Assembly (NCBI GenBank): GCA_035438805.1
Contig: DAORJA010000001.1
Span: forward strand, 1-44,256
From: Candidatus Magasanikiibacteriota bacterium
GTDB taxonomy: Bacteria; Patescibacteriota; Patescibacteriia; Magasanikbacterales; UBA922
Direction: 5' to 3'
DNA: 44,256 bases
Both the position numbers and the translations under genes were made by a program. Below are positions 35,558 to 44,256 of this stretch, piece after piece; the stretch's first letter is position 1, and every line of letters starts with the position of its first letter. The notes beneath the pieces were generated by a model. That model searched no databases and was not told the origin of the DNA. It saw nothing but the letters and a program-made list of their open reading frames with translations.

Positions 35558-36553
35558 TTAGGTGCGCTTGAAGCCAGAAATCCATGCGTGTATTCGACTC
35601 CGCAGTCCCCATCGATGCATAATCACAAATAAATATGTCCACGTTGCGTTTACAAATACGGTAAATACTGAGCCAATAATAAGAGCATATGCCAGGTAAA
35701 GCACCAATGCGATTGACACACCAAACTGAGAGACTGCAATATTCCCTGTCAGAGCTCCATAGGCACTCAACGCAAGACTAGGTGCTACAAATACGTATAA
35801 TCCTGCAAGTAGCAGTCCAAACATTAATACATTCAAAAGTAGTAGCACAATTCCCACTTCAAAAGAAACAATCCAATGTTTGATTAATAATTTCCACGCA
35901 TGATTAATCGCACCAAATAAATCCTTTTTCTCAATTACCAGATACCCAACTGCAAAAATTGTAAGTACAGATACAGTCATCCCAACAATAATTGCTGAAA
36001 TAAAGGAGATAACAAATACGACTGTTGAGCTTGCTGTTCCAAACAGTAATGCTGCAAACGCACTCGCCGAAACAATGAGAGAGACGGCAAAAATGATTAA
36101 TTTTTTTACAATATTAAGAACCAAGATATGGGAAACATTGCGAGCACCTGCATGCCATGATTCTTCAAACTTTTCGATTGTCTTCAGACCATGTTCCATA
36201 GAAAGTGCTGTTGCATGCACCATGCCACCCTGAGCAATTGAAGCAACCACAATAAGCGCAATACCAAGTGATAATAACATGACTAGTAGCCACGCAAGAC
36301 CTGCCCATGAATCAAAAGAAAATCCTAGCGTATTACCTATCTGCATCAGTGTATTCGGTGAAAAAATATACCATATCTGTGCACCAGGACTTACCGTACC
36401 AGGAATTACTCCTTTTAGTACTCCGGTAATCACATCAAGAATTCCCAGCTGTCCTAAAACCAATGCACATGCCCCTAATACCCATAATCCTTTGTAGTGT
36501 TTAGTGAGTTTCCAGCTTACTTTAAATATCTCTCGAAGTGTGGGCTCCTGCAT
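35558..36553 (-). CDS. Polytopic membrane protein, unknown function
   Basis: ORF 35558..36595, likely start MQEPTLREIF at 36553. It has about 7-8 TM helices and no soluble domain. The stop is 7 nt before the pilB start, which suggests coupling. Confidence 0.55.
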   Translation of the reverse strand: MQEPTLREIFKVSWKLTKHYKGLWVLGACALVLGQLGILDVITGVLKGVIPGTVSPGAQIWYIFSPNTLMQIGNTLGFSFDSWAGLAWLLVMLLSLGIALIVVASIAQGGMVHATALSMEHGLKTIEKFEESWHAGARNVSHILVLNIVKKLIIFAVSLIVSASAFAALLFGTASSTVVFVISFISAIIVGMTVSVLTIFAVGYLVIEKKDLFGAINHAWKLLIKHWIVSFEVGIVLLLLNVLMFGLLLAGLYVFVAPSLALSAYGALTGNIAVSQFGVSIALVLYLAYALIIGSVFTVFVNATWTYLFVIMHRWGLRSRIHAWISGFKRT

Positions 36554-36624
36554 AACAAAAACAATTAGAAGATAGTAATGTTGATAGTATAGCACATACG
36601 TCAGCCAAAAGGGAGAAATAAAAA

Positions 36625-36654
36625 AGCATCCATGAGTGGTCAGGATGCTTTTTT
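36625..36654 (-). terminator. Intrinsic terminator downstream of ftsH
   Basis: AGCATCC-atgagtggtca-GGATGCT, flanked by A and T runs. On the minus strand it follows the ftsH stop codon at 36668. Confidence 0.6.
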
Positions 36655-36667
36655 ATATTCGTATACG

Positions 36668-38506
36668 TTAGTTTTTCTTACTGTCTCCCACAATCTTTTT
36701 GAACTCATCTTGCTCCACTGTTTCTTTTTCGATCAATTCTTTTACCAAATCATCCATTTGCTTTCGGTGTGTGGTAATCACATGCTCCGCAACTTTGAGC
36801 GCATCATCGAGTATTCGACTGATCTCTGAATCAATTAATTCTGCTGTTTTTTCACTATAATTTTTCTTGTCATGGATTTCTTGCGCCAAGAAAATCATTT
36901 CTTCATTTTCCCCATATTGACGAGGCCCTAATTTATCACTCATCCCATAGCGGAGCACCATTGAACGCGCAGTCGCTGTTGCTTTTTTGAGATCACTCGA
37001 TGGTCCTGTTGAAAGCTGGTCGACACCATAGATCATGCGTTCAGTAACATATCCTCCGAGCATCATTGCGAGATCATCATTGAATTTCGCACGCGTACGA
37101 TATTTCACATCACTATCTGGCATACTGAGAGTATACCCTCCTGCCATTCCACGGCCGATAATTGAGACTTTTCGCACAGGATCACAATTTGGAAGGAAGT
37201 GTCCCACAATCGCATGACCTGCTTCATGATAGGCAGTCATTTCCTGATCTTTTTTGGTCATTAATCGTGACTTTTTCTCTGGTCCCAAAATTACCTTTTC
37301 AATGCTTTCAAGAACTTCAACTTCATCAATTACTTTTTTCTCTCTTCTAACTGCGAGAATTGCAGCTTCGTTTAATAAATTTTCAAGATCAGCTCCAGAA
37401 AAACCAGGAGTACGTTCTGCGATTTTTCGAAGTGAGACACCCTCAGCTAGTTTTTTATTTTTTGCGTGCACCTTGAGAATCTCTTCGCGGTCAGAAATAT
37501 CTGGGAGATCAATCACCACACGTCGATCAAAACGACCTGGACGAAGGAGAGCTGAATCAAGCACATCTGGCCGATTGGTCGCAGCAACGACGATCACGCC
37601 AAGATTTGGTTCAAATCCGTCCATCTCAACGAGAATTTGGTTGAGTGTCTGCTCGCGCTCATCATGACTTCCACCAAGACCTGCTCCACGTTTGCGCCCA
37701 ACTGCGTCGATTTCATCAATAAACACAATTGCTGGAGCTGCTTTTTTTGCTTTGTTAAATAAATCTCGGACACGTGATGCTCCAACTCCCACAAACATTT
37801 CTACAAATTCTGATCCTGAAATGTGGAAGAACGGAACACCGGCTTCGCCTGCAACTGCTTTTGCAAGCAATGTTTTTCCAGTACCAGGAGAACCCATCAA
37901 TAATACGCCACGTGGGATTTTCGCTCCCATGTCAGTAAATTTTTTTGGATCTTTCAAAAAATCCACTACTTCAGTAAGTTCTTCTTTTGCTTCTTTAGCG
38001 CCCGCAACATCTGCGAATGTCTTTCGATTAGTGTCATCTGGTTTTGCTTCTTTAGCACGACTCTCTCCAAATCCCATTGCCCGATTATTAGCGCCCTGTA
38101 CCTGTCTCGTAAAAAAGAAAATTACCAACAGAAAAATACCCAGAGGAAGTATCCATGGTACCAACACACCTACCCAGAATCTCCAGCCTGATTCCTCCTT
38201 AATCTCTACTGAGATATTGTTTAGCTCTTCTGAAGTAACACCATAGGGAGCCAGTAATTCACCAAAAGAAACTCCTGTTTCTCGCTTGATTTCAAGTGGT
38301 TTTGCGTTTTCATCTTTCAGCTTTACGAGCAAGGTGTCTCCCCGGACTTCCACAACAGATACGGTATCTGCTTTAATCTCTGTTACTAGCCGCGAAATAC
38401 TCGCAGCCTCAGGCTGAACACCCGTAAAATTGAACATCGAAACTACTGCCGCGATTACGAATAATGTGGCAAAAACAATAAAAAAATTCTTGAATAATTG
38501 CTTCAT
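36668..38506 (-). CDS. ftsH: ATP-dependent zinc metalloprotease FtsH
   Basis: Two N-terminal TM helices, Walker [19 protein letters not shown], Walker [10 protein letters not shown], the SRH region [20 protein letters not shown] and the zinc motif HEAGHAIV. Confidence 0.97.
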   Translation of the reverse strand: MKQLFKNFFIVFATLFVIAAVVSMFNFTGVQPEAASISRLVTEIKADTVSVVEVRGDTLLVKLKDENAKPLEIKRETGVSFGELLAPYGVTSEELNNISVEIKEESGWRFWVGVLVPWILPLGIFLLVIFFFTRQVQGANNRAMGFGESRAKEAKPDDTNRKTFADVAGAKEAKEELTEVVDFLKDPKKFTDMGAKIPRGVLLMGSPGTGKTLLAKAVAGEAGVPFFHISGSEFVEMFVGVGASRVRDLFNKAKKAAPAIVFIDEIDAVGRKRGAGLGGSHDEREQTLNQILVEMDGFEPNLGVIVVAATNRPDVLDSALLRPGRFDRRVVIDLPDISDREEILKVHAKNKKLAEGVSLRKIAERTPGFSGADLENLLNEAAILAVRREKKVIDEVEVLESIEKVILGPEKKSRLMTKKDQEMTAYHEAGHAIVGHFLPNCDPVRKVSIIGRGMAGGYTLSMPDSDVKYRTRAKFNDDLAMMLGGYVTERMIYGVDQLSTGPSSDLKKATATARSMVLRYGMSDKLGPRQYGENEEMIFLAQEIHDKKNYSEKTAELIDSEISRILDDALKVAEHVITTHRKQMDDLVKELIEKETVEQDEFKKIVGDSKKN

Positions 38507-38577
38507 ACGCAGCTTTTTTCAATTAAGAAGATAATAGAGTGAGTATATGCAAATTATACACCTTTGTCAATAATCAA

Positions 38578-38601
38578 AACCCCACACTTTTGTGCGGGGT
38601 T
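38578..38601 (-). terminator. Terminator-like hairpin downstream of rpsA
   Basis: Minus strand: AACCCCGCAC-aaaa-GTGTGGGGTT, followed by TTTGATT (a short T-run). A TTGACA-17-TATACT promoter for ftsH follows on the same strand. Confidence 0.5.
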
Positions 38602-38609
38602 TATCGTGA

Positions 38610-39770
38610 TTATGCTGTTTTTTCTTCGGTCTTTACTTCTTCTTTTTTCTCTTCAGCTACTTCGTCTTCTTTTTTTGCTTCGCGCTTCTTTACTCCTTCA
38701 AGTCGGAGTCCAAGACGGTGTTCAGCTGGTTCAATAGAGATAATTTCGAAGTTGTATGGTTTTCCGATTTCAAACTTGACCAATAATTCCTTTGGATCAG
38801 CCACACGTTTATCTGAAAGATCAGAAATGTGCGCGAGTCCATGAATTTCATTGTCGAGTTTGACCATGAGACCAAATGATTCAACCTTATGCACCTCTCC
38901 TTTTACAATCTGCCCAATCGTATATTTTTCTTTTACAGATTTCCAAGGATCGTCGACAAGGCGCTTCAATGAGAGGTAGATTTTTGATTTGTTGAGATCA
39001 ATGATCTGAGCTTTCACTTTATCACCCACTTTGAGAATATCTTTAGGATGATCAATTCTCTGCCAGACGATTTCTGAAATGTGTACCAATCCTTCGAGTC
39101 CTTCACCAAATTTCACAAATGCTCCAAATGGAGTGAGCGCTGATACTTCACCCTCGATCTTGTCTCCTACCTTGTAAGAATCAAGGATATTTTTCTGCTC
39201 TTCTTCCCATACTTCTTTTTCAGAGAAGATCAATTTCTCATCGTCAACGTTTGCATCAAGTACTTTTACCTTGATTGTTGTTCCAACAAATTTTTTCAAG
39301 TGTTCAAGAATTCTATTTTTATCTCCACCCTGTACACGTGGGTAATTATCAGGATTGAGCTGTGATACAGGCATAAATCCGGTCAAAGCGTCTGCCTGGA
39401 GCATAAGACCACCTTTGTTTGCCTGGATAATCTTTGCTTTGATTACTGTTCCTTCTTTAACATATTTTGCCATGCGTTCCCAAACGAGGCGATGTCCGGC
39501 TACGCGGAATGACAATTCCATTTCGCCATTTTCATTTTCATCTTCAATAACTGTCGCTTCGACATCATCTCCGATTTTGATATGAGCAAATTCTTTTGAT
39601 TCACTAAACAATTCATCTCCGCGTACAACTCCGATAATGATACCATTGATATCAACACGAACTTCACCTCGACCAATCGAGATGACTTTTCCTTTGACCA
39701 AATCATTCACTTGAGGGATCTGGGCAAAATAATCTTTTAATAATTCTTCAAAATTCTGTGTCTGTGCCAT
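38610..39770 (-). CDS. rpsA: 30S ribosomal protein S1 (four S1 domains, Lys/Glu-rich tail)
   Basis: Repeated S1/OB motifs (GKVISIGRGEVRVDI, GTVIKAKIIQANKGGLMLQ, GEVSALTPFGAFVKF, GEVHKVESFGLMVKL). The C-terminal KKREAKKEDEVAEEKKEEVKTEEKTA is low-complexity. Confidence 0.9.
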   Translation of the reverse strand: MAQTQNFEELLKDYFAQIPQVNDLVKGKVISIGRGEVRVDINGIIIGVVRGDELFSESKEFAHIKIGDDVEATVIEDENENGEMELSFRVAGHRLVWERMAKYVKEGTVIKAKIIQANKGGLMLQADALTGFMPVSQLNPDNYPRVQGGDKNRILEHLKKFVGTTIKVKVLDANVDDEKLIFSEKEVWEEEQKNILDSYKVGDKIEGEVSALTPFGAFVKFGEGLEGLVHISEIVWQRIDHPKDILKVGDKVKAQIIDLNKSKIYLSLKRLVDDPWKSVKEKYTIGQIVKGEVHKVESFGLMVKLDNEIHGLAHISDLSDKRVADPKELLVKFEIGKPYNFEIISIEPAEHRLGLRLEGVKKREAKKEDEVAEEKKEEVKTEEKTA

Positions 39771-40010
39771 ATAAAAAACACATTAACCGGAATCATTTAA
39801 TGGACCGGTCCTGACTTAAGCCAGGGTAAATAAAGTGGGCTTAGTGTAGCATAGGATTTTCAATTTGGCAAGGCCTTTTCCTGAAGATAACTTTGGATAA
39901 CTTTTGTCCGCTAATCTATCCTCTTTTTTACGCTGGGAACCCCCTTGCTTTCACCCACAAAACCCCGTATACTATGGGCATACCTAAACAACATTTTGAC
40001 CATAATTCTT

Positions 40011-40625
40011 ATGCATATTTCCTGGCTTGGAGGTACTTCAATCAAAATTCAGACAAAACATGCTGATTCAGACGTCACGGTATTAATTGATCCATATAAA
40101 TCCGATAAAGGTACTTCTCCACGAAGCTTGACTGCTGACGTCGTACTCCTTACCCGAGGATCACAAGATCTCATCACCTTGTCTGGCGAGCCATTTACCC
40201 TTGATACTCCAGGCGAAATCGACTCAAAAGGAGTGCTGGTTACCGGTGTTGCCGGACATACTGAAGACGGGACTATGCTTCGGATTGATTGTGAAGGTGT
40301 AAGCATGGCTCATCTTGGGCTTATCAAAGAACCTCTCACATCAGATCAATTGGACATTTTATCAGGCGTTGATATTGTGTTTATTCCTGTGGGAAATAAA
40401 AATGGACTTGATACTGAATCTGCCATGAAAACGATCAATAGCCTTGAACCTCGAATTGTTATTCCGATGGCTTTTAAGTGTGACAATGATCCTGATGCTT
40501 CCTCTCCTGACAGCTTTATTCGAGGGCTTGGGCTCCAGATACCTGCTGAAGAAAAAAAGGTAATTATTAAGAAGAAAGACCTCCCTGAAGAGGAGACAAA
40601 AGTAATTTTATTTGGAAAAGAATAA
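40011..40625 (+). CDS. MBL-fold protein of the UPF0173 type with degenerate metal-binding motifs
   Basis: ORF 39945..40625, likely start MHISWLGGTSIKIQ at 40011, downstream of TTGCTT-17-TATACT (39945..39973). The fold pattern is typical (WLG...VLIDPY...), but the HxHxDH position reads LLTRGSQDL. Confidence 0.65.
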   Translation: MHISWLGGTSIKIQTKHADSDVTVLIDPYKSDKGTSPRSLTADVVLLTRGSQDLITLSGEPFTLDTPGEIDSKGVLVTGVAGHTEDGTMLRIDCEGVSMAHLGLIKEPLTSDQLDILSGVDIVFIPVGNKNGLDTESAMKTINSLEPRIVIPMAFKCDNDPDASSPDSFIRGLGLQIPAEEKKVIIKKKDLPEEETKVILFGKE

Positions 40626-40648
40626 AAGGAACTGTTAGCCCCCGTAGA

Positions 40649-41152
40649 ATGTCAAAAAAGAAATTACAATCTCATGAATTAAAAGAGGCGGTTCGGGCAA
40701 TCCCCTCTCTTATTGTTGAAGAAATTAGAAAAAACGCTATTTCTTCTCATCATAATACTACTTCAATCACATCTACTAAGGCTTCTGTAAAATCCTTACC
40801 GAAACCTACCGTATACCTATCACCCCAACGAAGTAGACGCTGGATGTTTATTGGGGTCGGAGCGTGCTTACTCACTATTCTTGGATTCTGGTTCGTCTAC
40901 ATCACCGACACTATTCAGCAAAATAAACTCACCCTCAATCCTGCAAAAGCTTTTGCAGATTCAGGGCAAAATGATCTCTCCATGCTTATAGCCACATTTA
41001 CAAAAATGGAAAACGAGTTGAAGGGAAACATCAAAAGTCCGGCAGAGCTTAAACTAATGGTTGCACAAGCACTTATGCCACTCCTTACAGCGAGCAGTAC
41101 TGCGACTACGACCACAGCTACAACAACGACTACAGTCACCACTACACCATAA
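40649..41152 (+). CDS. Hypothetical bitopic membrane protein with Thr-rich C-terminal tail
   Basis: One TM helix (WMFIGVGACLLTILGFWFVYI). The C-terminus is SSTATTTTATTTTTVTTTP. No motif I recognise. Confidence 0.5.
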   Translation: MSKKKLQSHELKEAVRAIPSLIVEEIRKNAISSHHNTTSITSTKASVKSLPKPTVYLSPQRSRRWMFIGVGACLLTILGFWFVYITDTIQQNKLTLNPAKAFADSGQNDLSMLIATFTKMENELKGNIKSPAELKLMVAQALMPLLTASSTATTTTATTTTTVTTTP

Positions 41153-41168
41153 TCAACACTAACTGTAT

Positions 41169-43697
41169 ATGATCAAAAAAGATACTAAAGACACAAAAGG
41201 ATCAGAGTCACGCGCGATTCAGCCAAGTTTGACTGATGGAAAAATCGAAGCGATCAACCTCGTTGATGAGATGCGCACTTCATACCTTGATTATGCAATG
41301 AGCGTTATTGTTTCTCGCGCTCTACCTGATGTTCGCGATGGTTTCAAGCCAGTACACCGACGTATTCTCTACGCCATGTGGGGAATTGGATTGAAGCATA
41401 CTGCAAAATTCAAAAAATCAGCACACGTAGTGGGAGACGTAATGGGTAAATACCATCCTCATGGTGACGCCGCCATCTACGATTCATTGGTCCGCATGGC
41501 GCAGGAGTTTAATATGCGGCATATGCTCGTGCATGGACAAGGAAACTTTGGTTCCATGGATGGAGATAGTGCTGCTGCCATGCGTTATACTGAGGTAAAA
41601 CTTCGCTCCCTTGCAGAAGAAATGCTTCTTGATATTGATAAAAACACTGTCGACTTTTCTCCTACCTATGACGGAAGTCACAAAGAACCCCGGGTGCTCC
41701 CAAGTAAATTTCCAAACCTACTCTTGAATGGCAGTATGGGTATTGCAGTTGGTATGGCTACAAACATCCCTCCGCATAATCTGGGAGAGCTGTGTGATGG
41801 TATTGCGGCACTCATTGAAAATCCTAAAATTAGGATAGAGGAACTGGTAGAACATATCAAAGGACCTGATTTCCCAACCGGTGGTATTATCTACAGCAAA
41901 CAGGATATTCTTGCTGCATATGCCACAGGTCGCGGCGGAATTGTTATGAGAGCAAAAACTGACATTGTTGAGCTTGCAGGAGACCGATTCAATATTATTG
42001 TAAGTGAAGTACCTTACCAGGTTAACAAAGCAACTTTGATTGAAAAAATCGCTACTCTTGTTCAGGAAAAGAAACTCGAAGGAATTAAAGATCTCCGTGA
42101 TGAGTCAAACAAAGATGGAGTTCGAATTGTGATTGAGCTTAAAAAAGATTCATACCCAAAGAAAGTTTTGAATCGTTTATTCCAAATGACTGAACTTCAA
42201 ACTACCTTCCATGTAAACATGCTCGCGCTCGTTGATGGAATTCAGCCACGCGTGCTCAATTTGAAGTCAGTCCTTGAAGAATTTATCAAACACCGCCAAG
42301 TCATTATCCGTAGACGAACTGAATTTGATCTTGAAAAAGCCAAAGATCGAGCTCATATTCTTGAAGGTTTGAAAAAGGCTCTTGATAAGATTGATTTGAT
42401 TATTACTACAATCCGTAAATCAAAAGATAAAGATGAGGCAAAAGTAAACCTCATGAAAAAATTTGATTTTACCGAAAGGCAAACAGTTGCCATTTTAGAA
42501 ATGCGCTTGCAGCAACTCGCAAATCTTGAACGACAAAAAATCGAGGATGAGCTTAAGGAGAAGATGAAGCTTATCGCTGAACTTGAATCTATTTTGAAGA
42601 GTGCGACAAAAATACTTAACATCATCAAAGGTGAGGTTACCGAAATCCGAGAACGTTTTGCCGAAGAACGACGAACCAAGATTATCCAACATGGAGTCAA
42701 AGAATTCTCAATTGAAGATTTGGTACCAAATGAACCAACTCTTATTCTTTCAACGGTTGATGGATATATCAAACGTCTTCCTCCTGATACTTTCAAACAA
42801 CAAGGACGAGGAGGCAAAGGAGTGATGGGTCTTACAACCAAAGAAGAAGATGTCGTAGATCATATCATTTCAACAAACACGCACGACCGCATCCTATTCT
42901 TCACTACGCGTGGACGGGTATTCCAGCTCATGGCATATGATATCCCACAAGGATCTCGCACTGCCAAGGGCCAAGCTCTGGTAAATTTCCTGCAACTTGC
43001 GCCAAATGAGAAAGTATCAACTATCCTTTCCATGAGTGACATGACTAAGTATGAGTATTTGATCATGTTAACGAACAAAGGAACCATCAAGAAAACCAGA
43101 CTTGATGATTTCAAAAACGTACGCCGATCAGGTCTTATTGCCCTCAAACTCAAGGAAGACGATTTGCTGGAATGGGTACGTCCTTCAACTGGAAGTAATG
43201 ATGTCATTACGGTTACAAGCCAGGGACAAGCAATCCGTTTCCAAGAAAAAGAAATCCGTGCCATGGGCCGCACTGCGAGTGGGGTTCGTGCAATCAAGCT
43301 CAAATCAAATGATGTAGTCGTCGGAATGGACGTGGTGTCTTCCGACCTAGTAAAAAAGAAAGTACTTGAGCTCCTCGTCATCTCTGAAAAAGGAATGGGT
43401 AAACGAACGAGTATTACGGAGTATAAAGTACAAGGTCGTGGTGGAAGTGGTATCAAAACGATGGCAATTACTGATAAGACTGGTCGAATTATCACTGCAC
43501 GAGTAGTGAACAACACCGAAACACAGGACCTTATGATTATTTCAGTGAAAGGTCAGGTTATCAGAACCCCAATCAAGACTATCTCTACCCTTGGACGAGC
43601 AACACAAGGAGTGCGCATTATGCGATTCAAGCAAGAAGGCGATAAAGTAGCGAGCCTTACATTACTTGAAGCTGATAAAGAAGATGCTGATGTGTAA
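41169..43697 (+). CDS. gyrA: DNA gyrase subunit A
   Basis: GKYHPHGD (QRDR region), the active-site AAMRYTE, and C-terminal beta-pinwheel repeats including a GyrA-box-like QGRGGKG. Confidence 0.97.
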   Translation: MIKKDTKDTKGSESRAIQPSLTDGKIEAINLVDEMRTSYLDYAMSVIVSRALPDVRDGFKPVHRRILYAMWGIGLKHTAKFKKSAHVVGDVMGKYHPHGDAAIYDSLVRMAQEFNMRHMLVHGQGNFGSMDGDSAAAMRYTEVKLRSLAEEMLLDIDKNTVDFSPTYDGSHKEPRVLPSKFPNLLLNGSMGIAVGMATNIPPHNLGELCDGIAALIENPKIRIEELVEHIKGPDFPTGGIIYSKQDILAAYATGRGGIVMRAKTDIVELAGDRFNIIVSEVPYQVNKATLIEKIATLVQEKKLEGIKDLRDESNKDGVRIVIELKKDSYPKKVLNRLFQMTELQTTFHVNMLALVDGIQPRVLNLKSVLEEFIKHRQVIIRRRTEFDLEKAKDRAHILEGLKKALDKIDLIITTIRKSKDKDEAKVNLMKKFDFTERQTVAILEMRLQQLANLERQKIEDELKEKMKLIAELESILKSATKILNIIKGEVTEIRERFAEERRTKIIQHGVKEFSIEDLVPNEPTLILSTVDGYIKRLPPDTFKQQGRGGKGVMGLTTKEEDVVDHIISTNTHDRILFFTTRGRVFQLMAYDIPQGSRTAKGQALVNFLQLAPNEKVSTILSMSDMTKYEYLIMLTNKGTIKKTRLDDFKNVRRSGLIALKLKEDDLLEWVRPSTGSNDVITVTSQGQAIRFQEKEIRAMGRTASGVRAIKLKSNDVVVGMDVVSSDLVKKKVLELLVISEKGMGKRTSITEYKVQGRGGSGIKTMAITDKTGRIITARVVNNTETQDLMIISVKGQVIRTPIKTISTLGRATQGVRIMRFKQEGDKVASLTLLEADKEDADV

Positions 43698-43717
43698 ATT
43701 ACACAAGTAAACTAAAA

Positions 43718-43741
43718 CCACCCGATGAGGGTGGTTTTTTG
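43718..43741 (+). terminator. Intrinsic terminator after gyrA
   Basis: CCACCC-gatga-GGGTGG followed by TTTTTTG. Confidence 0.8.
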
Positions 43742-43750
43742 TTTTAAGGA

Positions 43751-43779
43751 TTGACAAAATATCATTTTTATGATATAAG
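43751..43779 (+). promoter_or_regulatory. Sigma70-type promoter of the alpha-CTD-like gene
   Basis: TTGACA (43751..43756), a 17-nt spacer, then TATAAG (43774..43779). The SD AAAGGAGGTG lies at 43801..43810. Confidence 0.55.
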
Positions 43780-43815
43780 AAATGGCTACCAAAAACATTA
43801 AAAGGAGGTGGTAGT

Positions 43816-44253
43816 GTGAAACCTGAAACATTGCAAAAGCTGGTAATGGTACTCATAGCAGCAATCCCGATCGACCTCGAAGAAGGTATGGCCGAGGAGT
43901 GGTGTCAAAACCCACTCAGTCTTACCAAGGTGCTGCAACAAGGTCCAATGCCCGCAAAGAAAAGCGCGAAACACACCCTCTTCGAGGAGTTTGACAAACA
44001 GGTCATCGAACTCAATCTCATGGGTCATGCGCGCAACGCTCTTACCGAATATCAGCATAGTCACCGACCTATACGCTATATAGGTCAGCTGGTGCAGAAC
44101 AAACCAGCAGGCCTGCTCACAAGAAAGAACTTCGGAAGACGATGCCTGAAAAACGTAGTCGAGGAACTCGAAAATCTTGGGCTTTACCTCGGCATGGACG
44201 TGATGGGCTGGGTACCGCCTGACCAGAGGGATCTGTTGGGTCATGTCCTCTAG
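43816..44253 (+). CDS. Stand-alone protein with an RNA polymerase alpha-subunit C-terminal-domain (alpha-CTD)-like HhH domain
   Basis: GTG start 5 nt after GGAGGTG. LNLMGHARNALTEY...IRYIGQLVQNKPAGLLTRKNFGRRCLKNVVEELENLGLYLGMDVMGWVPPD parallels the E. coli alpha-CTD ([62 protein letters not shown], quoted from memory). The stop codon is 3 nt before the window end. Confidence 0.7.
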   Translation: MKPETLQKLVMVLIAAIPIDLEEGMAEEWCQNPLSLTKVLQQGPMPAKKSAKHTLFEEFDKQVIELNLMGHARNALTEYQHSHRPIRYIGQLVQNKPAGLLTRKNFGRRCLKNVVEELENLGLYLGMDVMGWVPPDQRDLLGHVL

Positions 44254-44256
44254 TCC

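Noticed and set aside
38539-38844. 101-aa Ser/Phe-rich ORF on the plus strand overlapping the rpsA 3' end
   Set aside because: It is an antisense artefact of the Lys/Glu-rich S1 tail and has no start signals.
39880-39912. Two AGTTATC repeats (TTATCCAAA-like DnaA-box variants on the minus strand) upstream of rpsA
   Set aside because: The matches are imperfect, only two are present, and they lie inside a probable promoter region. This is insufficient to call a DnaA site.
43798-44244. 148-aa ORF on the minus strand almost fully overlapping the alpha-CTD-like gene
   Set aside because: It has no SD or promoter on that strand, and its product is Cys/His/Trp/Phe-rich and looks non-protein-like. 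The plus-strand frame has a strong SD, a promoter and a recognisable domain. Long antisense ORFs are common in GC-richer segments.

Overview
About 44 kb of gene-dense, low-GC bacterial chromosome (roughly 40% G+C by eye). I call 40 protein genes, one tRNA, one riboswitch and several intrinsic terminators. Gene content suggests a small-genome Patescibacteria/CPR (Parcubacteria-like) organism; this is inference only, since no rRNA gene is present to confirm it. The supporting genes are a SpoIID protein with NBR1-like Ig repeats, an isolated pilB, an RRM protein, many bitopic or polytopic hypotheticals, and starts that lack Shine-Dalgarno (SD) motifs. Core genes are rpoC (partial), rpoB, ftsK, recA, thrS, ftsH, rpsA and gyrA. 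There is a cell-envelope neighbourhood (SpoIID, MOP flippase, O-antigen-ligase-like protein, M23 peptidase, beta-lactamase-like hydrolase) and a loose base-excision-repair cluster (AlkD-like, Xth, MutY-like, Nth). No CRISPR array, transposase, integrase or recognisable defence system is visible. The most interesting signals are: (1) four GC-rich genes that look foreign: a CaCA antiporter bracketed by a duplicated 38-nt terminator, an orphan B12-binding radical SAM (rSAM) gene, a small two-TM protein, and a stand-alone RNA polymerase alpha-CTD-like protein at the window edge. Three of these carry SD-like motifs that the surrounding genes lack (two strong, the rSAM one weak). (2) A secreted protein with four 4-Cys modules and an SH3b domain, divergent from the radical SAM gene. 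(3) A well-formed Thr (ACC) T-box leader on thrS. (4) pilB without other pilus genes, coupled to unknown membrane proteins. (5) Nucleic-acid enzymes that have lost their usual Fe-S cysteine ligands. None of these can be tied to a defined new system from sequence alone. All functional calls come from motif recognition by eye, not database searches.
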